Below, in pieces: positions 45,371-56,104 of a DNA stretch of 64,000 nucleotides. The notes under the pieces are model-generated. The model searched no databases. It was not told the origin of the DNA and saw only the letters and a list, made by a program, of their open reading frames with translations. This DNA comes from Macrostomum lignano (lineage: Eukaryota), in contig NIVC01000237.1 in assembly GCA_002269645.1 (NCBI GenBank), positions 310,001 through 374,000 of the forward strand, read 5' to 3'. Every line of letters starts with the position of its first letter. Positions within the stretch are counted from its first letter, which is position 1. A program made the translations under genes and the position numbers.

Positions 45371-45994
45371 TGAAATTGTTCAGGCCAGTCGCACTATCGT
45401 CGCCCACAGGTAAAAAAACGTGCCCGCGATGCGACCCGCAATCAATGCGCATGCAAGTTGGCAGATACTGGCCTTGTATTTGGCCTGCTGCATGCCTGCA
45501 GTCGCAGTGGAGTGAGTCACGCCCCATGGGCTTATAATCCGCACTGTTACCTTCAGCGGCGATTAACATTATGCCTCCTAATACTGTTAAAAGAAACAGA
45601 CAAATTATACTTAGTCATCCTTGTAGCTGCAGTGTCGCCTCGGGGATTGAGGCACCGTCATTCCATACCATTGTCATGCGTGCATATGGCACAGGTGCCT
45701 CATATGCTTAATTAAATGTTTTAATAGAAAAAGCAACGCAAGAGAAAAATTGGTTCGCCTGACAACAAGGTTGGCCCGATAAAATGATAAATTAAGCATT
45801 AAGCAATGTTAAATATTTTATACTTTAGTTTACTTTTTTTACTGTCTGTATCTGCAGAAATAACAGTTGCAAATTTATCTGTCAATCAACATGAGTGAAA
45901 GTCTTCAAGTTTCCGTTTAAATTAGGGGTCAGAAAACTCTCTGTGCGACCCTTGGGCTCTTTAAAACTTCAATAGCAATCCGGTCTCTTCAGGG

Positions 45995-46400
45995 TCTGTC
46001 TTCTCGGTTCTCTTCTTTCCTTTCATTTCCTCTCCTCTCATCTTCTCTTCTCATCTCTTCACTTCTCTCATCTTCACTTTTCATCTCTTCCCTCCTGTCA
46101 TATTTTCTTCTCATCTCTTCCCTCCTCTCATCATCTCTTCTCATCTCTTTACTTCTCTCATCTTCACTTCTCATCTCTTCCCTCCTCTCATCTTCTCTTC
46201 TCATCTCTTCTCTCCTGTCATCTTCACTTCTCATCTCTTCCCTCCTGTCATCTTTTCTTCTCATCTCTTCCCTCCTCTCATCTTCTCTTCTCATCTCTTC
46301 TCTTCTCTCCTCTCATCTTCTCTTCTCATCTCTTCCCTCTTTTCATATCTCATCTCATCTCACATCTCTTCTTCTCTCCTCTCTTGTCTTATAGTCTCTT
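45995..46400. repeat. Polypyrimidine low-complexity repeat (CTCTCATCTTCT-based, period about 30 bp)
   Basis: Direct reading. Confidence 0.9.
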
Positions 46401-48918
46401 TCATTTCCTCTCTCATCCAATATCCTATCTCATCTCGTCTACACCTTCTCCTTTCCTCTCTCACCTGGCTAGATTATTTAATCTGGACCATGAGGTAAAT
46501 AAAGTGCAAACAAAGTGTAAACAAAAAACTTCTGGTTTAAAAATGGAAATTTCCCTTCACAGACTGGGAATCGCAGACCAGAACTGCTGGTATAAGTGAT
46601 ATTCTGCAAGGCCGTTGCACATTCCGACAACAAATTGGAGGTGCAGTTTGCCTTTTCTAATCTTGCCTCTGCGCAGAGACGCGTGTAAATATGAATGATT
46701 GCGTAATCAAAGCAAGTTGTTGCACCAAATATAAGGCTTTATTATACCTAGAGCTATATAGATATATTGTTATAAGTTTTGCTTGATCTCTGTGGGTGCT
46801 TCACGATCAACGTGGAACACAGAGACAGATAGATAAGCTGGATTTTATCGCTGGGCTGATCAAAACTCCAAGCACTGCACCGACACTACTAAAAAGCTGC
46901 CACTCGTGTCTGTTTAACTATAATTCGTGCTATCTTGAGCATTATCTTTTGATTCCATTATATTTACTGCCTATAAAATGATATATTATAGAATATAATT
47001 TTTAGTTTATAGGACATGCAGTTCATTACAATTTATGTACGTGTTCCAGTTCGATAATGTCATTCAACTGCCCCCCCCCCGCGCTGTTTGCCCTGTAACA
47101 TAGCTCATGAAGAGTGTACATGAAAATGTAACTGTGCACATAAATGTAACAATGAATATAATATACAGCATCCATGCAGGCGCACTCACGAGTGATCCGA
47201 TCGAAACACGCGTACGCTTCGACTCTCGGGGGGGGGATGATAAGTCTCAATCTCAGAATTACATGTAGATTAGGCATTTGATAGTTAGAGTTGATGATAG
47301 ATAGGCCTGCAGCCTCGTCCCTTGTAACTGGCCTAGCACTGTACAGCGATTACAAAGTCTCTCGATCGACTAGAATTCATGATCAAAGGACCGCGACCTT
47401 GGCTACGCGCTGTACATGTACGGTTCATTCATTTGTTGAAAATGTACATGATGAAGATTAAAATGTGGCGGTCGGCTCTGCCCTTATATTTTTTGAGACT
47501 AGTCTCCGTATATTGCGCTGTCCTGGTCCCTCCCCTGAGACCCCCGAGTTCCCAGCTCCTGGTGCCCTCGCTGAGAGGTCCGTCTATTCCCACTAAAGTC
47601 TAAGTTTCATTAATTCCACAGTAAGCCGCCCGTGTTACGCCTTTTCCATTTATCTATCTGCCTATTCAGCTTTGAAGTGAGTAAAGAGAGCCGTGGGCTA
47701 AAAATGGAGAAAGCAGTAATTTTAATTGTGCAAATTTCCGCTTCCGTGGAGGTTTTACGGTTTCTGTTTCTGCACCGAACGTCTCTCTATTGCAACTGAT
47801 CGAAAACCAAAGCAAGCTTTATGCAAGAAGGGTAATGCCAACTGTTCCGAGTTAGAAATTGCCAGCAATATTTTCAGCAATTCTGCAGTGGTAACTGGTA
47901 GCAGCGACTACTTATAGTAAAAACAATAGAATTTTGAGATTGAAATTCCTAAATTCAGCAATTGCGGCTCGAGAATATCAGATCCGTAGGAAAGATAACC
48001 GTAAATCTTCAACTCTTTCAGTGTTTCAGCATTAACTTAAACCGCTTAGCAACAGCCACAGCTATTTTCCACCGAGACTTGAGGAGCAAAGTAGATGGAG
48101 TCACCTTATTCATTACCAGTTTGTTTTAATCAACGTTTTAAAAAGATTTCAAAGTCATCGCGTCCGGCTGTAAAGCTGAATGAGTCCTGACCTGACCTAA
48201 TCTATTTATTGATTATTCTTCTTGAGCATCCGCAGGTAAAGTACTTTATAGGCCTAACTTAAGCTTATTGAATAATAAATCTAACTGTGTATCACGAGTA
48301 AAAATTTCCAAACAATCTAAGTTTTATTAGAGACAGAACAAAAATGAAAATGAAAAGGGTGAAATAGGCCTTTTTAAAAACCTTTTTAGGCGTAGGCCTA
48401 TTCTACCCTCTATGACATGGCATGAGGATGAGGGTGAGAATGAGAGGATGAGACGCTAGGCTAGGCCTATTCTTTCCTGGCTTAGCAATAAATGCTATCA
48501 TTGACATTGCTAGGACTAGGCCCTATTCAAGAAAAAAGTATAGGCCAACTGGCCAAGTTGCCATAGGGATTATTAATATTAGCATTATTAAGGGGGCAGC
48601 AAGGGGCTAAAAATTTCTACAGACAAAAAAACATTTGAATAAAAAATGATAATGATAGGCCTATACTATATTCATGCCAATTAATATCATGTAGTCTGTA
48701 GATAGACTATTTTTTAACTCTGATGGCCTAATAAGTTAGACATTTTTGGTTCAAAGATTTTTCTTAAAGTCGATGTCTTATCGACTTATGTCTATGACAA
48801 AAAAATGACTAGGCCTACCTAGGCCTTATCATTTTTGTATCTTTGCCTTTCCTTTGTCTTTTGGTCTGGTTTTTTGTGTCTAGAAAAGCTAGACTACCTG
48901 GATATTGAGATCATTTTT

Positions 48919-49487
48919 GGCAATAGTGCAGTTTTGAACGCGAAATTATTTTTCATTTAAATTTGAAAGTTCAAAACCAGAAAACAATAACAACAATAAA
49001 AATTGATGTTTTAAACCATTCTAATGATTGTGGCAGAATTTTTAGCTCCCTGGTTGCCAAACTTGCCAACTCATCATTGTGTTCTAGTGGTGGATACAGA
49101 GCTTGTCACTGGGCACTATAGTAGTGGCAAATCCAGAAAAGCATGTTTCCGAAAAGCCATGATACAATATGTTGTCCAAAAGAAAAAGCAGATATTAGCA
49201 GCTTCTTAGCTAAAGGGAAACAGTTCAAGCCCCCCCCCACTTGAGCCCTTTTTGATTTTTAAACTATTTTTTCTATAGACAACTTGCATTTCAAGTAGTA
49301 TTCAAGCGTGGCACAGATTTAATGAAAAAAGCATATTAATAGAGCGCCCATTTGCTTTAAAGTTCCGTGACCAGTGAGCTCTGGCACAGTTGCTAGAATG
49401 GTTTAAAACATTATTGTTATTGTTTTCTGGTTTCAAACTTTCAAATTTAAACAAAAAATATTTCGCGAACGAAACCACACTATTGCC
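48919..49487. mobile_element. Degenerate inverted-repeat (MITE/foldback-like) element
   Basis: 48919-49037 is an imperfect reverse complement of 49381-49487 (e.g. TTTAAATTTGAAAGTT..AAACCAGAAAACAATAACAA). Confidence 0.65.
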
Positions 49488-49849
49488 TATTTTTTAAATA
49501 TTAGTTTAGGGCATTCTTCTCAAATTGTTTGTTTAACTATTTTTTCAATGTTTTTCATATTTTCTCCACTTGAGAAGCTGATTTTAGCATGTTTAAACAT
49601 CCCTTAAGCTATTAAAACAGTAAAATTAACAACTTGTTTTTTAAGTACTTTTTTCTATCTTTAGCTATTCTTAATAATTCAACTTAACAATTTCAGGGCA
49701 TTCTCTTAGCAGTGTTAATAGACTTAATGGTTGGTTAACAGTCTTAGCAAAAACTAATTAGCAGCAAAAACATAAGTCTAAGTGCTCAGACTTCCTTTCC
49801 CCCTTTAACCAACTTATCCCTTTGGGCCATAGACCTATTGGGCCATTCC

Positions 49850-50609
49850 CAGTGGTGTGATTGAGGCGCGAATTTGCGCCAGGCGCAAAAAAGGCGCAAA
49901 TACGCGATTTCTGAGGGCAGGCGCGAATATTCGTCAAGCAGAGGCGCGATTTTTCAATTTCTGAATTTTCATTTTTTACTGATAAACTGATCACGTTTAG
50001 TCTATTCACGCACGCTTTATTCAAATTTAAACTTTATGTTATGGTGTACAATACATGCAAATCTGGATCTGGAGCAGCAGCTGAAAATGAAAGAAGACGA
50101 GATCGAGTCAAAACGGAAGCAGACTGAAGAGAGTTCCAACGACTGCTGCTGGAGCTGACTCGTAACAAGGAGAAGGATCAAGAGTTGGAACAGCTTCGAC
50201 AGGAGAAATGCAAGCTCCAGCAGAAGAAATTGAAGGAAGCTGAAAGAATTGCTGAGCAAGTGCTGAAATGGAAGGCTGTTGAGCAGGAAGTTAGGAATAG
50301 CCATTGCCTGCCCCAGAGTGTCCTTCAAAAAAGTTTAGAAATCAAATACCATGAAGTTTTGACACCCATTTTTGTCCAAGGACATTTGCTGCTCGCTTTT
50401 TAGTTGTGCAGGCCAAACTTTTATGAGTGGTAAAGTACTGCCACAGCAAGGATTGATCCTTAGTGCTGGAAAAAAGAAGCAAAAACCATAAAAATATGGG
50501 TTTTCTACATGTGCATATATGTAGTTAGCATGTTATTTAAACTAGTAAACAATGGCGCAAATTTTTTTGTGAGGCGCGAAAAAATGGCCCTTTGCCAATC
50601 ACACCACTG
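49850..50609. mobile_element. Non-autonomous hAT element, 760 bp
   Basis: Perfect 14-bp TIR CAGTGGTGTGATTG / CAATCACACCACTG. 8-bp TSD GCCATTCC (49842-49, 50610-17). Subterminal GGCGC(G/A) motifs. Confidence 0.92.
50057..50403 (+). pseudogene. Frameshifted coiled-coil coding fragment inside the hAT element
   Basis: ANLDLEQQLKMKEDEIESKRKQTEE, then a frameshift at about 50130, then FQRLLLELTRNKEKDQELEQLRQEKCKLQQKKLKEAERIAEQVLKWKAVEQEVRNSH. Codon-like sequence in an AT-rich context. Confidence 0.6.
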
Positions 50610-51462
50610 GCCATTCCTAATAAGCATCAGTGTCGTGTTAGACAACATGTGCTAGATTTTTATCCTTCAAAAATTTGTCATTTCTGCTTTGCAATTCAGC
50701 CTTGTACTTTTCAGTTAGCTGACTCCCTTTGTCTACTATGCTCTTTCCTATAGACGATCCCAGCCATTAATTTACCATATATATTTCAGTTAACTTGTTC
50801 ACTAATGACTGACTATATATGTTAGTATAAATACAAGTTTAAATCGCAGCCTAGGCCCTTTATTTATTTTTGCCCTATTCTAGTCAAGACCGAAAAAGTG
50901 CTTAAAAAACAAAGTTGTTAATTTACTGTTTTAATAGATTGGATGATGTCTAAACATGCTAAAATCAGCTTCTAAAGTGGAGAAAATGTGAAAAACATTG
51001 AAAAAATAGTTGAACAAACAATTTAAGAAGAATGCATAATTTAGCTTTAGCTATTAGCTAGGGAATATAATCCCAGGATCCCAAGATCCCAAAATCCTAG
51101 AATTAGGCCCAAAATTCCAAGATTTTGATTGTGCCTAAATCCCAGGATTCTAAATCACAGGATCACACTTGTCCGAGATTCAAAAATCCCTAGATTGACC
51201 ATCAGGATCCTAATCCTAGTTTGCAATAATTCAACCATTCATTCTTAGGTAGTATAGTATTTATAGATGAGCTACTATCAGGTGAAAATTGTAACCTAGT
51301 TGGCCTGCTTTGATTTAATAATCTTTTAAACACATAGGCTAGTGAGAAGGGGATATAAAACTAAAGCTATTGGTATATCAAAGGAGATTTTAAATGGTAT
51401 TCACCGACTAATATAATTATTATTATTCTAAAACCTGTTCACAGAGCCTAAAGCAATAGAAG

Positions 51463-51644
51463 CAGGGGCGGAACAAGGGGGGGGGGCCAAGGGGGCCATG
51501 GCCCCCCTTAGCTCTGCCAAAAAAATCCTCAGATATATTGGTATCATGCTGTATTGGTATCATGGTACTCTAATTGCAGCTCTGGCCTGACTAGACATGA
51601 GGCTTGCCCCCCCCCCCCTTGATAAAATCCTGGGTCTGCCCCTG
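51463..51644. mobile_element. hAT MITE, 182 bp
   Basis: TIR CAGGGGCGGA / TCTGCCCCTG (9/10). 8-bp TSD AATAGAAG (51455-62, 51645-52). Confidence 0.88.
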
Positions 51645-53018
51645 AATAGAAGCCAATTTCTCATTGTTTCTGATCATATGTAGCACTATATCTTGCTAGA
51701 CAAGAGTCAAATAATTGTTTATTTGAAATCTCCTTCTATTTCAAACCTAGCTAAAATCAGGGAGTCTCAACTTTACATAGATCAAAAGCCTCCCTATGCA
51801 AAAGACCTCATTCTCAGCACTGTCAAGACACCTTTTAGATGCTTAGCATAGGAGCAATGGTAGAACTACATGTACTTTAAGCAGTCCCTACCTTCAAAAC
51901 TCTCTGGCCATAGTTGGGATTAGAATAGTGGGACCTTGCTATCAGGCCACAACCCAAGCTACCAATTCTCCATCTAGGGCAGGTGCCCTTGGGCCTTGGA
52001 AGGTAAGGCTAGGTTTTTTTCAAGGTTGGAAATACAGTTGCTAGCTGGCCCTTAGGGCTCAAAATCTAGTTGCCAAAGGCTATTTTTGGTTGTCCATTGG
52101 CAACTAGCCAAATTCTCGAGGATAGATATTTTCAACAACACTATGTTTAAAAAGCAGAAATTTGTTCTCTCAACTCTAAGATTGCTATCTATGCTGCAAA
52201 CAATTACAAACTAACAATTACATTGTATTGATTTATATAGCACTTTTATTACATTTACAAAATCATTTTTTGAAATTGGCAACTGGCATGGAGAAAATGA
52301 AGTTGCCAAATTGGCCTTTGATACCAAAAATCCAGTTGCTAATAAGATTTTCAAGGGGCCAAAAAACCCAGGGGTGAGATCTGATCCCCTTCTACCATGG
52401 TATCAGTACCTTAGGCCATAGCTCCAAGCTATCATTCCCCAGGTTATATCGTAATCAAATGTGATTTTCCTAAGCTGATACTAGCATGTAAAAAAGCCTG
52501 TCTATTATGTTAGTCTGTACAAGTATATCATACTCCAATTTAGAGCTCACTGTTAGTTTCTCATTAGCAAAATATTTTGTTTTGTTCTATCTTATTATTG
52601 AAGGCCCTTTAAAATCAGAATAGATGGCTTTGTAAACCAAAATTGCACCAACAAAAATTAGAAACTTTTTTAATCCTGGGATCCCGGGATCCCAGTCCAA
52701 TTTGTTGGGATTCTGGGATTGGCAAAGTTTGGGATATTCCAATCCTGAGAATCCTGGGATTTTTTAAGTCCTTATCTTTCGGCTTTACATATATGTTTTT
52801 GTTTAGAATGTTGGTCTGTTAATACAACACTAATTTCATGGAATATTTATTAGTAGATTGATATGCTTTTACTTGAAGTATAGAATTAAAAATAATTTTA
52901 GTTGTATTTGTAATTCTTTTATTAATAATACAATGCCACTTTAACAATATAAAACAACTATCAATACTTAAGACACTCCTAATAGTAGTAGTATGTTTTT
53001 ACACCACTAATTCTCCAG

Positions 53019-54926
53019 CCTTCAATCAGCAAGGATAAGCCACAGCAGCGTGGCTCTTCAAAGCTGCAGCAGAAGCAGAAATTGGCAAAGCCAAAGCAAC
53101 AGCAGCCAACCAAGGTGGTTCTCCGCCGCCTGCCTGCCGGCCTGTCTGAGGCCGACTTCCTCGCCCAGGTTGGCAGCTTGCCGTTCCAGCACAGCGAATT
53201 TCGCTACTGCCCTGCCGACCCGGAGCTCGGCTTCTGCCGGGCATACGTCTGCTTGAGCAACAAGGAGGACCTGCTGCCCTTCTGCCAGCAGTGGGACGGC
53301 TACGTCTTCGTGGATGCCAAGGGGGTCGAATCGGCCGCTCTAGTCGAGCTGGCGCCCTACCAGGTAAGGCCTGGCCGCTGCAGCCAAGTGCCTCTTTTTC
53401 CTCTCTACTCCCCTTCCATCTCTGCCGCTCTCACCTGTCCTTTAATAATAATAATGCCTAATAGGCAACCAACAGCTCAGCCGCAGCTATTGCGCGGCGC
53501 ATCTGAAGGCTGCATACGGCTGTTCAGTCCAAGGACTGGGGGCCGGGGGGTCGCCACACACATCCTCAATTACCCCAGCTAATGCTGGCACCCATTTTAC
53601 AGCTGGGTGGACTGAAGCAATGCAGAGTTAAGTGTCTTGCTCAAGTACACAAATTGTTCCAAGTGGGTCGAGAATCGAACCCCCGACCTTCCGACGCTCT
53701 AACCACTTAGACCACAACCCTTATGCTATGCCTAGACTTTCCCTAGCTCAGTAGGCTAGTAAGAGTGCACTTGGAGTTTAATAGGGCATCCAGAGCGTCT
53801 CAGAAGTGACACACTAACGATTCTACAGTGACGCTGAAGCGCTTCTTCTGCGACTTTCTAGCGCTCAAATGCGCCTGAAATACGATTTTACGGCCCCAGA
53901 GTTGTTTCACAGTCGCAAACAATAAAACGCTTCAAAAATGATTTTCGAGGAGTCTGAAATGACTCTGGGATGCTTCTTGGCCTGGGCACCGTTCTCATCG
54001 GCTTTTGTTCAATACCTTTCCAGGTGACAGATGGCGCCAAGAAGGCCAAGCCGAATCCGAAGCAGGGCACTCTGGAGGCCACACCCGAGTACGCCGCCTT
54101 CCTGGCCGACCTGGCTGCCGAGGCGGACCGACCGGCGCCGACCTGGGAGTCCAGCCTCGAAGCCATTCGCCGGCGCGAGAAAGAATCCGCCGAGGCTGCC
54201 GACGCGTCCAAGCTGACGCCGCTGCTGCTGCACCTGCGGCAGAAGCGGCTGGACCGGCAGCGCCAGCAGCGTGACAAGGCCGAGGCGCGGCGTCGAGACG
54301 ATGAGGACAGGCGGAAACGCGACCGGGAGCGTGAGAAGCAGCGAAAGCAGCAGAAAGGCAAACCGAAGCAGCAGGCTCAGCAGAAGCAAGCTTCGACAGG
54401 CGCCAAACCTGAAACTGCTCAAGCTGCCCAGCCTCCATCAGCATCATCCTCATCAACTAAAGTAATAGAAATAAAACGTAGGCCTGCAACTGCCATCGAC
54501 GAGAGAAACTCTGTGGATGAGAAGCCTCTGCCACCTCAGCCTCCGCCACCTCCGCCGCAGCAGCAGCAGCAGCAACAGCAACAACAGAAACCGGCGCAAC
54601 CAAAGCAGAAGCAACAGAAGCAGCAAGCAAGTGCAGACAGTCGCGGCGGAGGCGGAGGTCGCGGAGCCGCCGGCGGAGGACGCGGTGGCGGCGGCGGCAG
54701 GCGGAAAACCGACTTCGATTATAAGCAAGAGTACTACAAGTACTTGCAGGGCATTGGGGGCTACGAAGAATACAGCCAGGACGGCTCTTCCGCTTCTTAT
54801 TCTCGTCGAGGCGGTCGCGGAGGCGGGGGCGGCAGCCAGGGCCAGAGCGGTCAGCAGCAGCCACAACAGCCAAAGAAGTCCTACAGCGCGCAGCGCAGCG
54901 CAAGAGGCGGCGGCGACCGCAGCTGA
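53019..54926 (+). CDS. UPF3: Nonsense-mediated decay factor UPF3 (Smg-4); initiator Met not encoded in the first visible exon
   Basis: Exons 53019-53363 and 54024-54926 (phase 0). RRM-like UPF3 domain TKVVLRRLP...RAYV...WDGYVFVDAKG...ALVELAPYQ and GTLEATPEYAAFL match recalled UPF3B (SKVVIRRLP...FDGYVFLDNKG...VEFAPFQ...GTIDDDPEYRKFL). The ORF-track start at 53082 is TTG. Confidence 0.92.
53443..53720 (-). mobile_element. tRNA-derived SINE with CORE-like central domain, in the UPF3 intron
   Basis: Minus strand: A-box GGTCTAAGTGGTTAGAGC, B-box GGTTCGATTC, GTGTACTTGAGCAAGACACTTAAC...CAGCTGTAAAATGGG (similar to the MIR/CORE consensus), and an (ATT)n tail. Confidence 0.8.
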
Positions 54927-55129
54927 CATTGTGGGTGGAGTTGGTGGGCCGATTGTGTTATACCTGGTCATTGGATAGAATATATCGAAAGTTAATACGA
55001 GCCGTATTTGTGATTATTTTCTATAATTCAATTAGATTTTGTTATCAGTAGATTGGTGCAAATTCTTTTTTCACATATGTGATCCCTATTGCCTCTGTAA
55101 CAGTAGTGTGAGTGCGTTCTCTCTAGCTC

Positions 55130-55725
55130 CCTCAGTCCCTCCCTCTCCCACTCTCCCTCTACCTCTTCTCCCTCACCCTCTACCTCTCCTCCCTCACCCT
55201 CTCCCTCTACCTCTCCTCCCTCACTCTCTCCCTCTACCTCTCCTCCGTCACTCTCTCCCTCTACCTCTTCTCCCTCACTCTCTCCCTCTACCTCTTCTCC
55301 CTCACTCTCTCCCTCTACCTCTTCTCCCTCACTCTCTCCCTCTACCTCTTCTCCCTCACTCTCTCCCTCTACCTCTTCTCCCTCACTCTCTCCCTCTACC
55401 TCTCCTCCCTCACCCTCTCCCTCTACCTCTTCTCCCTCACCCTCTCCCTCTACCTCTTCTCCCTCACTCTCTCCCTCTACCTCTCCTCCGTCACTCTCTT
55501 CCTCTACCTCTTCTCCCTCACTCTCTCCCTCTACCTCTTCTCCCTCACTCTCTCCCTCTACCTCTCCTCCGTCACTCTCTCCCTCTACCTCTCCTCCCTC
55601 ACCCTCTCGCTCTACCTCTCCTCCCTTACCCTCTCCCTCTACCTCTCCTCCCTTACCCTCACCCTCTACCTCTCCTCCCTTACTCTCTCGCTCTGTCCCT
55701 CCTTCACTCCTCCCTCTCCCTCAAA
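55130..55725. repeat. 27-bp polypyrimidine minisatellite (CTCCCTCTACCTCTTCTCCCTCACTCT)n
   Basis: Direct reading. Confidence 0.93.
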
Positions 55726-56104
55726 TAGAAGATTGCATCAGTATTTCCCCCTCTTGCTACAGTGGCTGGGTGTAGTGGAGGTCGAAGGTGAAGCTTCAGG
55801 TTGAAACGAATTTAAAAATCATCTCTTCGATATCCGTTCATGCAGCCGTCTGTAAACATATTGAAATTTTATTGCACGTGTAACACCATTTTATGCAGCT
55901 TCTGACAAAACTATTTCTACTGGTCTTTGTCTGTTTCGTCTTTGAGCCTGTGCTAAACCAGGAACTGATGTGTGTTTCACATAATTACTTTAATATAATA
56001 CATCCGTCATACTGGTAAATAATTCTCATCAGTTTCAGTGTAACCAAATCGGACTTTGAGTGGCGGTTTTTTGTTCTCTATTATCTTGCTTCACTCTCAG
56101 TACA

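Larger units (their letters stand above)
49511..51035. mobile_element. Element with imperfect long TIRs of about 145 bp
   Basis: 49511-49654 is the reverse complement of 50893-51035 (e.g. AGAAGCTGATTTTAGCATGTTTA / TAAACATGCTAAAATCAGCTTCT). No TSD recognised. Confidence 0.65.

Noticed and set aside
51058-52772. GGGATCCC-rich ends as a large hAT element
   Set aside because: Termini match poorly (TAGGGAAT vs TAAGGACT) and I found no TSD.
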